From: a virus
DNA length: 64,000 nt
Strand: one strand, 5' to 3'
Virus record (IMG/VR): IMGVR_UViG_3300010885_031189
Span: 1 to 64,000 of that record
Position numbers and translations under genes: made by a program. Of this stretch, positions 17,967 to 26,232 are shown one piece after another; position 1 is the first letter of the stretch, and every line of letters begins with the position of its first letter. The notes beneath the pieces are model-generated. The model saw nothing but the letters and a program-made list of their open reading frames with translations. It was not told where the DNA came from and made no database searches.

Positions 17967-18791
17967 ATGAAGAAAATATTAATCACAGGAAACTCTGGAT
18001 ACATTGGTTCACATCTGTCCTTACTATTGAGTAACAAGTATGAAGTACATGGTCTAGATCGCAAGAAACCTCAAGTAGAAGTAGCAAAGCATCATTTGCT
18101 TGATATAAATCAACCGATTTGTATTCCTGATCAATATGATGTTGTTATTCACTTGGCGGCATTAGTCAATGTGGGTGATAGTCAACGAATACCTACTGAC
18201 TATTACACTACTAATGTATTTGGTACTGTGAGTGTATTGAAAAATGTAATTAGCAACAGTTTTATTTTTGCTAGTACTGGTGCTGCCATGCAGTGTAGTA
18301 GTGCATATGGTATTAGCAAAAGGGCTGCTGAAGATTGTGTACGAGACCTTTGTACATTGTACCATCGTCACCACACGATATTCAGATTTTACAATGTAAT
18401 AGGCAGTGACGGCTTCATGCCAACTAATCCTGATGGCCTGATGTACAATCTTATGAAGGCTCCGGAACATGGTAAGTTCACGATCTACGGCAATGACTAT
18501 AACACTCCGGATGGTACTGCCATACGAGATTATGTTCATGTCAATGAAATTTGCAATTCAATTGAACAAGCTATAGAGAATCCAAGTAATAGTGTAGAAA
18601 ACCTTGGACATGGAATTGGACACAGTGTAAAACAGATGGTTGACTTATACAAGAAAATCAATCAAGTTGATTTTGATGTTAGCTATATCGGGAGACGAGA
18701 TGGTGATTTGGAGACGAGTGTATTAGATCATCCATCACCGTACATGGTACAATCATACAACATAGAAAGACTACTTACAGTAGTAAATTAA
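17967..18791 (+). CDS. galE: NAD-dependent epimerase (UDP-glucose 4-epimerase-like)
   Basis: ITGNSGYIGSH, YGISK (YxxxK), FRFYNV, TPDGTAIRDYVHV and RRDGD motifs. Confidence 0.85.
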   Translation: MKKILITGNSGYIGSHLSLLLSNKYEVHGLDRKKPQVEVAKHHLLDINQPICIPDQYDVVIHLAALVNVGDSQRIPTDYYTTNVFGTVSVLKNVISNSFIFASTGAAMQCSSAYGISKRAAEDCVRDLCTLYHRHHTIFRFYNVIGSDGFMPTNPDGLMYNLMKAPEHGKFTIYGNDYNTPDGTAIRDYVHVNEICNSIEQAIENPSNSVENLGHGIGHSVKQMVDLYKKINQVDFDVSYIGRRDGDLETSVLDHPSPYMVQSYNIERLLTVVN

Positions 18792-18800
18792 AGGAAAATT

Positions 18801-19193
18801 ATGTTCAATAAATTAAAAAATCTTTTTTCATCAGCCAATCCTGTCTCTGATGTAGATAAAATTGTTCCTGTATTTGATGTGAGTTCAACTGAAAAGAGTC
18901 CTAAAGAAAGGGCCGAGGAATTGGGTGAACCTTACATTGCTGTGATTTCTGTTGATTTAGATCCTGATAATATTGGCAATGGTTCCTTTGAATTAGATTG
19001 GAATGATAAATTTATTGCGAATTTAGTTCGGGCAGGATATCAAGGTAAAACTGATCAGCAACTAATTGACCAGTGGTTCAATGGAATTTGTCGTAACATT
19101 ATAAACGAGACATTTGCGCAAGAGCAAGCTGATCCAGATAATAGACTAATAAACAAACGAGATTTAGGATCAGGCCGATCAGAAATAAGTTAA
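18801..19193 (+). CDS. Hypothetical phage protein
   Basis: 130 aa ORF with SD AAGGA. Confidence 0.7.
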   Translation: MFNKLKNLFSSANPVSDVDKIVPVFDVSSTEKSPKERAEELGEPYIAVISVDLDPDNIGNGSFELDWNDKFIANLVRAGYQGKTDQQLIDQWFNGICRNIINETFAQEQADPDNRLINKRDLGSGRSEIS

Positions 19194-19208
19194 ATTTTAA
19201 GGGGCTGT

Positions 19209-19277
19209 TGTTGTAAAAATACAACAGCCTCAATTAAATTTTTTTTATCTTGACAACCTCCACAAAGGCTGTATAAT
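19209..19277 (+). promoter_or_regulatory. Palindromic TGTTG-N8-CAACA box plus sigma70 promoter
   Basis: TGTTGTAAAAATACAACA at 19209-19226; TTGACA at 19250 and TATAAT at 19272 (16-nt spacer). Confidence 0.7.
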
Positions 19278-19311
19278 TAAGTCTTCACCAACCAACTGAC
19301 GGAGTAATAAC

Positions 19312-21141
19312 ATGACTCGTGAATTCTCTTGTGCATTAAAGATGGACAAAGAAGACCAAGAAATATTTTTGCATGATAATGTGATTGGAGAAGCTATAAT
19401 TTCTCTTACCACTGGCAATAAACATATGCTAGTATGTAATGCAAACACAAATGCTGGCAAAACATTTGTTATTGCTAACTATTTGGTACCTAGTTTAGTT
19501 AGGTTGAATATTCCTAATGTTAAACCCTTGCGAAACTTTATTATAATTGCACCACCAACAGAAGTGCGTGATGATATTAGGAAAACATTCAAAAGCATGA
19601 ACTACAAACAGATTGATGGTAAGACCGTCGCTGTCTATCAAGAAAAAGATTTAATTGAAGTGGCTCAAGGATTTAGCAATCTTAACGGTGACATCAACAT
19701 TCTAATTGTGACTAATGCATGGTTCAACATGAACTATGATCTTATTCATGATAATGATCATATTAAATTTGATTGCGTCATCAATGATGAATCCCATTAT
19801 GCGAACGGCGTGCCTCATGTCGTTGATATGAAAATTTCAACTGGCTCTCAAAATAATAACGCACCACTTGTAACTTTCAATAATCTTGCAAACATGAGAA
19901 AAGCCGGTGCGCTAGTAATTCAATATAGTGCTACCCCAACTGTCAGTCAACAAGGTTTTACTCATTATGGTGGACTGGCATATAAACAATTGCCGGTTAT
20001 GCCCTTCAATTACTTGAAGGCACCATTTGTGCATTTCGTATCATCAACCCTAGAGGATAGTTACAGTACAATCACTGACTGGTATAGAAATCAGGTTAAA
20101 GTTATTTCTGACTTACAAAATAAAATTACTCCTGCTACTTGGAACCTAATTTCAAAAGATAGTCCGATACGCAAGATGATGCCAGCAGTATCTATTCGTA
20201 TTGGTGCAAATTCTGCGAAGAAAGAGCGTGGTAAAACATGGGACCAGTTACAAAAAACTATTCAATCAGATTGCACTACTGAAGGGTGGGATCTAGTAGA
20301 CTTAGTAGATAATTTAGAGTATGCCGGTACTCCGGTCAAGAAAACAATAGATGCTATTGACTTGGCTAATAGTAAGGCTAACGAAAATCGTCCTGCTATG
20401 TTTATTGTCAAGAATAAGCTCCAGATGGGAGCTAATATTCCACGATTAGCAGTTACTGGAGTTGTTCGTATTCCAAGTCAAGAAATTGCCGAAAATAACT
20501 GGGTTCAGTATTATGCAAGAACAAGCCGGCTGCCATATTTCCGCAGACATGATCTGGCGCGTGACTACATTTATAATTTGCCAATCAGCTATGAACAAAA
20601 AGAGTTGATTTGCTTATTGTATGTATATATGAGTAGTGCAATCTGTATTATGTTGATTGAAAGTTCATTGCTGGATGATAAGGTGGTCGCAGCTTACAGT
20701 GAAGGAAAGAAGTCAATTACTGCAGGACTCGCGTATTTTCTAGACCATCTTAAAGATGGGCATCTTAATTCTAAGCAGTTTGGTTCTACCATAATGGCAA
20801 ATAGTAGATACAAAGATTATATCAAAGCTACATTTTGTGAGCATTGTCCGACCGGAGATAATGGTCTCGCTAAGTGCTTGATGAATCTATATGAGGCTGT
20901 CTGCTCAGACATTGAGCCAATGGAATTTGAACAATTTATGGATGTAGCATGTAATATATATGATATTGACCATAAAGATGGTAATAGGCATAACAATGAA
21001 ATCGGCAACTGGAGTCCCGGGTGTTCTAATTTTCACCGAATCAAAACATTCATCCAAGGAGATTTTCTAAACAGGTATCAGGATGGACAACTTTTGGCAA
21101 GGCTTATTCCTGGCAAAGAAATCAAGTTGACATTTGCATAA
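19312..21141 (+). CDS. SF2 (DExH) helicase/ATPase-like protein fused to a C-terminal HNH nuclease
   Basis: Walker A NAGKT, DESH, SATPT, QYYARTSR; C-terminal CEHC and DIDHKDGNRHNN..N...CSNFHRIKT. Confidence 0.75.
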   Translation: MTREFSCALKMDKEDQEIFLHDNVIGEAIISLTTGNKHMLVCNANTNAGKTFVIANYLVPSLVRLNIPNVKPLRNFIIIAPPTEVRDDIRKTFKSMNYKQIDGKTVAVYQEKDLIEVAQGFSNLNGDINILIVTNAWFNMNYDLIHDNDHIKFDCVINDESHYANGVPHVVDMKISTGSQNNNAPLVTFNNLANMRKAGALVIQYSATPTVSQQGFTHYGGLAYKQLPVMPFNYLKAPFVHFVSSTLEDSYSTITDWYRNQVKVISDLQNKITPATWNLISKDSPIRKMMPAVSIRIGANSAKKERGKTWDQLQKTIQSDCTTEGWDLVDLVDNLEYAGTPVKKTIDAIDLANSKANENRPAMFIVKNKLQMGANIPRLAVTGVVRIPSQEIAENNWVQYYARTSRLPYFRRHDLARDYIYNLPISYEQKELICLLYVYMSSAICIMLIESSLLDDKVVAAYSEGKKSITAGLAYFLDHLKDGHLNSKQFGSTIMANSRYKDYIKATFCEHCPTGDNGLAKCLMNLYEAVCSDIEPMEFEQFMDVACNIYDIDHKDGNRHNNEIGNWSPGCSNFHRIKTFIQGDFLNRYQDGQLLARLIPGKEIKLTFA

Positions 21142-21155
21142 ACATCTGCTATAAT
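21127..21155 (+). promoter_or_regulatory. sigma70-type promoter (likely leaderless transcript)
   Basis: TTGACA-N17-TATAAT with TGn extension; ATG 7 nt downstream. Confidence 0.8.
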
Positions 21156-21161
21156 AAGTCT

Positions 21162-22157
21162 ATGAACAAATTTCTACTCATTGACCTGGCTAACACTTTC
21201 TTCAGGGCTAGACATTCGGCTCATAGAGCTTCAAGCTCTGAAGAACGAGTGGCTTTCGCTTTGCACGTGACTCTGAGTAGTATCAACAAATGCTGGCGGG
21301 ATCAGAAAGCGGATCATGTTATTATATGCTCGGAGGGAAAATCGTGGCGCAAAGCTTTCTATCCCCCATATAAAGCGAATCGTGCTGTAGATAGAGCCGC
21401 TGCAACTGAATCAGAACAGGCGGAAGATAAACTTTTTTGGGAAGCGTTTGACCATATGAAAACCTTCTTAACTGAGCGTAGCAACTGCACAGTATTGCAA
21501 CACGCCCAACTAGAAGCGGATGATCTTGTCGCAGGGTGGATTCAATCGCACCCTGCCGATTCGCATGTCATTGTCAGCAGTGATACTGACTTCTATCAGC
21601 TACTTGCGCCAAATGTCAAACAGTATAACGGTATCGCAGATGAACTGCATACCCTTGAGGGAATCTTGGATCGTAAAGGTAAACTAGTCATTGACAAGAA
21701 GACAAAAGAACCTAAGAAGATTCCGGATCCTAAATGGATCCTGTGGGAAAAATGTGTGCGTGGCGATCCAACGGATAATATCTTTAGTGCATATCCGGGC
21801 GTGAGGACTAAGGGCAGCAAAAATAAAGTAGGGCTTGAAGAGGCCTTTGCCGATAGAGACAAGCGCGGATATTTTTGGAACAATCTCATGCTACAGCATT
21901 GGACAGACCATGATGGGAAAGAACACAAAGTGTTAGACGATTACCGTCGCAATGTTACTCTAGTAGACCTGTCTGCTCAACCTGATGAAATAAAAGCTAT
22001 TCTAGCAGAGTGCATATCCACTAATAGTGTAGCTAAGAAGAAACCAATGGTAGGTGCACAATTCCTAAAGTTTTGTGGAAAATTTGATCTAGTGAAGGCT
22101 AGTGAGCAGGCTGAAGCATACGCCAGTTGGCTAGGTGCTTCGTATAATTGTAAATGA
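21162..22157 (+). CDS. rnh: RNase H / 5'-3' flap exonuclease (T4 rnh-like)
   Basis: LLID, SWRK..YPPYKANR, LEADD, SSDTDFYQL and GDPTDNI motifs of the FEN/5' nuclease family. Confidence 0.9.
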   Translation: MNKFLLIDLANTFFRARHSAHRASSSEERVAFALHVTLSSINKCWRDQKADHVIICSEGKSWRKAFYPPYKANRAVDRAAATESEQAEDKLFWEAFDHMKTFLTERSNCTVLQHAQLEADDLVAGWIQSHPADSHVIVSSDTDFYQLLAPNVKQYNGIADELHTLEGILDRKGKLVIDKKTKEPKKIPDPKWILWEKCVRGDPTDNIFSAYPGVRTKGSKNKVGLEEAFADRDKRGYFWNNLMLQHWTDHDGKEHKVLDDYRRNVTLVDLSAQPDEIKAILAECISTNSVAKKKPMVGAQFLKFCGKFDLVKASEQAEAYASWLGASYNCK

Positions 22158-22164
22158 GAAAAAT

Positions 22165-22620
22165 ATGTTGAAAGCAAGACCAGTTGTTACCAATAAGTTT
22201 TGGGTCGTAGAGAGCGATGGTAGGCAAGTTGCTACTATTCAAGCAGCCGAAGACGGGGTCGTATTGGTAGAAGGAGAACATCGTGAGAAGTTTGCCACCC
22301 TCAAACTTTTACGTTCCAAGTATAACATCAGTTTAGTACAGACTCCTGTGAAACCTGTTTCACCGGTCTATGAACATGCAGTTCATGACTATCCATGTGA
22401 TACTGCACCATTCAATCCAATATTTAATATTCAACAGAAACTTCCGTTGTACACTAAGAGTGCCAAGAGTAAGAGTTATTACTGTGCTGGATATTACTTG
22501 ATTAAGTATGATGCTGAATGGAAGATTGAATTTTGTCCAAAAAGAATTTTGCTTATTCGGCATCCTCGTAAGGGACCTTACCATAGTATAGAAGAAGCCC
22601 AATCAGCGGCTACTAAATAG
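22165..22620 (+). CDS. Hypothetical protein
   Basis: ORF; ATG 22165 preferred over the overlapping start at 22135. Confidence 0.65.
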   Translation: MLKARPVVTNKFWVVESDGRQVATIQAAEDGVVLVEGEHREKFATLKLLRSKYNISLVQTPVKPVSPVYEHAVHDYPCDTAPFNPIFNIQQKLPLYTKSAKSKSYYCAGYYLIKYDAEWKIEFCPKRILLIRHPRKGPYHSIEEAQSAATK

Positions 22621-22648
22621 TAGACATATTGAAGATTCAAGGGATAAC

Positions 22649-22948
22649 ATGAGCCGACCTAAGCCAGTGGTGATACTAGAACACCTAAATAAAACAAACT
22701 ATAAATGCGATCAAGTCCTAAGCAGTGAGGGAGTATGGGCCGTATACTATGATAACAAGCCCATCAATTTAAAGGCCCAAAATATCTTAGTAAGCTATCC
22801 TGGCGCAAAATATCGCAAAGTTAGTTTTTCTAATCCTGGTCATTCTATTAACTTAGCTAAGAAACTGAATACTCAATTCAAAACGGATAAATTCACAGTA
22901 GTGTTATTGTCACAAGGACATACGGTTTATTCTGCAAAATCACAGTGA
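22649..22948 (+). CDS. Hypothetical basic protein
   Basis: 99 aa ORF (MSRPKP...) with SD AAGGG. Confidence 0.7.
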   Translation: MSRPKPVVILEHLNKTNYKCDQVLSSEGVWAVYYDNKPINLKAQNILVSYPGAKYRKVSFSNPGHSINLAKKLNTQFKTDKFTVVLLSQGHTVYSAKSQ

Positions 22949-22957
22949 TAGTTAACT

Positions 22958-23329
22958 GTGACTCAGCTTGAATGGACTCGTAGATTATTGAATGTATCAC
23001 CTCAGGTAAATGATGATAGAACGGCTGCGGCACATTACAGAATAAATTGGTGGTATAATCCTACTAATAAGAACAGTATGCGTCTTACTAGAGAGGGCTT
23101 CCAATTTGCCTCCTTTACGGTCAAAATACAGCACTATTCTCATACTTTAGGTGAAGAAATACTACCAAAAACACTCCTGCAGTTAGAGAAATCATTGCAG
23201 TATCCATACTACATCAAAACTTATAAAGAGTTACTTGTATTTGATGAAGCTACATCTTTTACATTAATATTATATAATAACAATTTGCAGCAGTATCTAG
23301 ACAATATACAAAAATTTAATAGTGTCTAG
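22958..23329 (+). CDS. Hypothetical protein
   Basis: 123 aa ORF, GTG start, tight operon packing. Confidence 0.6.
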   Translation: MTQLEWTRRLLNVSPQVNDDRTAAAHYRINWWYNPTNKNSMRLTREGFQFASFTVKIQHYSHTLGEEILPKTLLQLEKSLQYPYYIKTYKELLVFDEATSFTLILYNNNLQQYLDNIQKFNSV

Positions 23330-23386
23330 AAAAAGATAAATAATAATGTATTCACTGAATACAAACACACACACAAGGAAAATAAA

Positions 23387-23683
23387 ATGTTTACAAACTA
23401 TCCGCAAGATATTACATCTTGCTTAACTCCTGACGCATTTATTAATGTGTTACAAACTATCAAACGTAATTTAACTGATAAGATCATTACTGATCCTATA
23501 CTTAACAAAGCAGCGCATGAGTATATTACTGCGCAGACTGAGTTTGCTAAAATATTGACCCGTAACTTCACTGAACTCAGCAAATACACTATTGATTCCT
23601 GTACCAAGAAAGTATTTACAGTTGCGGAAACAACATCAAAAACAAAAGCTCCTAAAGCAAGAGCATACTCAGACGAAGAATAA
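23387..23683 (+). CDS. Hypothetical helical protein
   Basis: 98 aa ORF behind GATAAATA (23335-23342) and SD AAGGA. Confidence 0.65.
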   Translation: MFTNYPQDITSCLTPDAFINVLQTIKRNLTDKIITDPILNKAAHEYITAQTEFAKILTRNFTELSKYTIDSCTKKVFTVAETTSKTKAPKARAYSDEE

Positions 23684-23694
23684 TAGGATACAAT

Positions 23695-23970
23695 ATGACA
23701 AACTTTAAAACACCATCAATCCCTGAAGTAAAATTTAACAAGAACGGTTACGAACTACGAACAGACATCCTGGCAATGGCTAAGGATATGGTTAGCTCAG
23801 ACTATCAATATAAGTTTCAAGGTTGGGAACTCAGTGCGCAACGTGATGAGAAAACAGGGCAACTTGTTACCACTGTCGGTATGCCTGAATTTCCCGGACT
23901 AGATAAAGTACTAGAAACGGCAGAGAAGATGTATGCATTCGTTAACGCATCTGCCCCAAAGAAGTATTAA
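23695..23970 (+). CDS. Hypothetical protein
   Basis: 91 aa ORF with SD AGGA. Confidence 0.7.
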   Translation: MTNFKTPSIPEVKFNKNGYELRTDILAMAKDMVSSDYQYKFQGWELSAQRDEKTGQLVTTVGMPEFPGLDKVLETAEKMYAFVNASAPKKY

Positions 23971-23989
23971 TCCAATTTGCTCTACAATG

Positions 23990-24013
23990 ACCCCGATCAG
24001 ATCGGGGTTTTTT
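23990..24013 (+). terminator. Intrinsic terminator
   Basis: ACCCCGAT-CAG-ATCGGGGT followed by a T run. Confidence 0.85.
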
Positions 24014-24018
24014 ACGGC

Positions 24019-24047
24019 TTGACAACCTCATCTACTTGTGCTATACT
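24019..24047 (+). promoter_or_regulatory. sigma70-type promoter
   Basis: TTGACA-N17-TATACT with TGn extension. Confidence 0.8.
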
Positions 24048-24077
24048 GAAAATATAAACCAATTTGGACTCACCGAA

Positions 24078-24326
24078 ATGTCAATTTTATTGAAATATTT
24101 TGATAGTGTTACTTATAAGCCCAAGTACTTTCTTGGTGATAGAGTTCAAGGAAAATGGAATAAGATTCCATTCGTTGGTACTGTAGCTAATGATACTGAA
24201 ATAAATGATGACGGTCCAAATGTTCATATCTTTTTGGATTTGCCTGTTACATATAAAAATACAATTCATACCATTATCACAGTCAAACATCGTGATGTAA
24301 AGAAACTTCCAATTATTAAGGATTAA
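24078..24326 (+). CDS. Hypothetical small beta-barrel (SH3-like) protein
   Basis: PKYFLGDRVQG..IPFVGTV; start moved to ATG 24078 because 24036 lies within the promoter. Confidence 0.6.
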   Translation: MSILLKYFDSVTYKPKYFLGDRVQGKWNKIPFVGTVANDTEINDDGPNVHIFLDLPVTYKNTIHTIITVKHRDVKKLPIIKD

Positions 24327-24328
24327 AA

Positions 24329-24526
24329 ATGTCAAAATATATTAGTGTTGAAATTAGTCTAGATGAATTCTCTGATGAAGAACTTAGTAAAGAATTGGCT
24401 GATCGCGGTTACCAATCTGACTCTGATATAGAATTAACCGAGATTTGGAGATTGCGTATTAATGGATTGCCATACGAAGATAAGTTAGATGTGTACTTGC
24501 GTGATACTTTAGGCAAGGCCATTTAG
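24329..24526 (+). CDS. Hypothetical protein
   Basis: 65 aa acidic ORF with SD AAGGA. Confidence 0.65.
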   Translation: MSKYISVEISLDEFSDEELSKELADRGYQSDSDIELTEIWRLRINGLPYEDKLDVYLRDTLGKAI

Positions 24527-24554
24527 TAATAAATACTAGCATTAGGAAACCAAC

Positions 24555-24725
24555 ATGAACAAAGTAATTCAACAGTTAGCCTCTGATGCAGGATTTAGTA
24601 GTACATTTGAAAATGATCGTCTTGAAAAGTTTGCTTTATTAATACTGGAAAAGTGCATGAAAACTGCCGATGAACTCGGTATGAATTCATATGAATCTAT
24701 AATCCGAAAAGAATTTAATTTATAA
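24555..24725 (+). CDS. Hypothetical 56-aa protein (not in ORF track)
   Basis: MNKVIQQLASDAG...LEKFALLILEKC; SD AGGA; fills the operon gap. Confidence 0.65.
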   Translation: MNKVIQQLASDAGFSSTFENDRLEKFALLILEKCMKTADELGMNSYESIIRKEFNL

Positions 24726-24726
24726 T

Positions 24727-24933
24727 ATGACATGTATTAAAATTGAGCGTGAAGATATTAGTGATTTTATCATTATCACTAATACCCTAAAGCGTGAAGG
24801 GTTAGTACAAGGAGAAGATTTTTCCTGGGCCTACTATCCTCCTAAGTGGGGACAAGTTGATCGGGCAAAACATGCGGTTTTTACCTTTAGGTCCGATGTA
24901 AACGCCACAATGTTTGCGTTGAAGTGGACATAG
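24727..24933 (+). CDS. Hypothetical protein
   Basis: 68 aa ORF ending ATMFALKWT. Confidence 0.65.
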   Translation: MTCIKIEREDISDFIIITNTLKREGLVQGEDFSWAYYPPKWGQVDRAKHAVFTFRSDVNATMFALKWT

Positions 24934-24997
24934 TGTTGTATTTTAACAACATCGCAATACCCGTACATTTGACAAGGGTACTGTTTTTTGATATACT
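24934..24997 (+). promoter_or_regulatory. Palindromic TGTTG-N8-CAACA box plus sigma70 promoter
   Basis: TGTTGTATTTTAACAACA at 24934-24951; TTGACA(24969)-N17-TATACT(24992). Confidence 0.75.
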
Positions 24998-25029
24998 AGT
25001 GTCTTACATTAATCAACACAAGGACTGAA

Positions 25030-26130
25030 ATGGCTATTGTTACTGAAAATCGCACTGTCACTACTACTGAAGCTCGTCGCTCATTGCTGCGTTGTTTCGC
25101 AAAGCAACGCCCAGTATTTCTCTGGGGTCCTCCTGGAATTGGCAAGTCAGATTTGGTATCTGGCATTGCCAATGAGCTTGGCGCAGTCATGATTGACTTG
25201 CGGCTGAGCCAAATGGACCCCACTGACATTCGCGGGATTCCATTCTATAATAAAGAAATCAACAAGATGGATTGGGCAGCACCAATTGAATTGCCTGATG
25301 AAGAATTCGCATCAAAGTATCCATTGGTTGTTTTGTTTCTTGATGAATTGAATGCGGCTCCTCCAGCAGTTCAAGCTGCCGCATATCAGCTTATCCTGAA
25401 TCGTGCAGTTGGCAAGTATCGTATGCCCGACAATGTTGTTCTGGTTGCGGCTGGCAATCGTGAAAGTGACAAGGGTGTTACTTTCCGCATGCCTAGTCCA
25501 TTGGCAAATCGGTTTGTCCACTTGGAAGTTCGTGCTGACTTTCCAAGTTGGGAGCATTGGGCTGTGCAAAACAAAATCCACAAGGATGTGGTTGGTTACT
25601 TGGCTTTTGCTAAGCAGGACCTGTTTGACTTTGATCCACGATCTAGCTCTAGGTCCTTCGCTACTCCACGTTCTTGGGCATTCGTGAGTGAATTGCTTGA
25701 TGACAATGACAATGATAGCAGCACTACTGATCTGGTAGCAGGTACAGTTGGTGAGGGCATGGCAGTCAAGTTTATGGCGCATCGGAAGATTTCTGGTCAG
25801 ATGCCCAATGCTACTGATATTCTGGCAGGCCGTGTCACGGAATTGAAGATCAAAGAAATTTCTGCGATGTACTCGCTAACTGTTTCTTTGTGCTACGAAT
25901 TGAAAGAGGCTTACGAAAAGTCTGTTGGTAGCAAGCAAGAAAAGTTTAACGAAATGGCAGATTACTTCTTCCGTTTCATGATGGATAACTTCACAACTGA
26001 ATTGGTTGTGATGGGAGCCAGGGTCGCTATCACAACATATGGCATCCCATTCGTTCCAAACAAGCTGAAGAATTTTGATGAATTCCATAAGCGTTTTGGA
26101 AAGTATGTTGTTGCTGCATCAAGCAAGTAA
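25030..26130 (+). CDS. MoxR-type AAA+ ATPase
   Basis: GPPGIGKS, LFLDELN, AAGNR and LANRF motifs. Confidence 0.92.
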   Translation: MAIVTENRTVTTTEARRSLLRCFAKQRPVFLWGPPGIGKSDLVSGIANELGAVMIDLRLSQMDPTDIRGIPFYNKEINKMDWAAPIELPDEEFASKYPLVVLFLDELNAAPPAVQAAAYQLILNRAVGKYRMPDNVVLVAAGNRESDKGVTFRMPSPLANRFVHLEVRADFPSWEHWAVQNKIHKDVVGYLAFAKQDLFDFDPRSSSRSFATPRSWAFVSELLDDNDNDSSTTDLVAGTVGEGMAVKFMAHRKISGQMPNATDILAGRVTELKIKEISAMYSLTVSLCYELKEAYEKSVGSKQEKFNEMADYFFRFMMDNFTTELVVMGARVAITTYGIPFVPNKLKNFDEFHKRFGKYVVAASSK

Positions 26131-26135
26131 AATAC

Positions 26136-26156
26136 AGGGGCTACGGCCCCTTTTTT
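26136..26156 (+). terminator. Intrinsic terminator
   Basis: AGGGGC-TACG-GCCCCT followed by a T run. Confidence 0.85.
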
Positions 26157-26232
26157 GTTGCATTTTTGTAACAACTTGCTTGGTGTTTTTGAACATCTAT
26201 GCTATAATGATTACTTACAAACAGGAACTAGT

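Noticed and set aside
23362-23380. (AC)n run and ACAAGGA as a CsrA site or phase-variable tract
   Set aside because: Explained adequately as an unstructured A/C-rich leader plus SD; the tract is short and non-coding.
23387-23683. Phasin-like identity for the 98-aa helical protein
   Set aside because: Only general amphipathic-helix character; no motif I can support.
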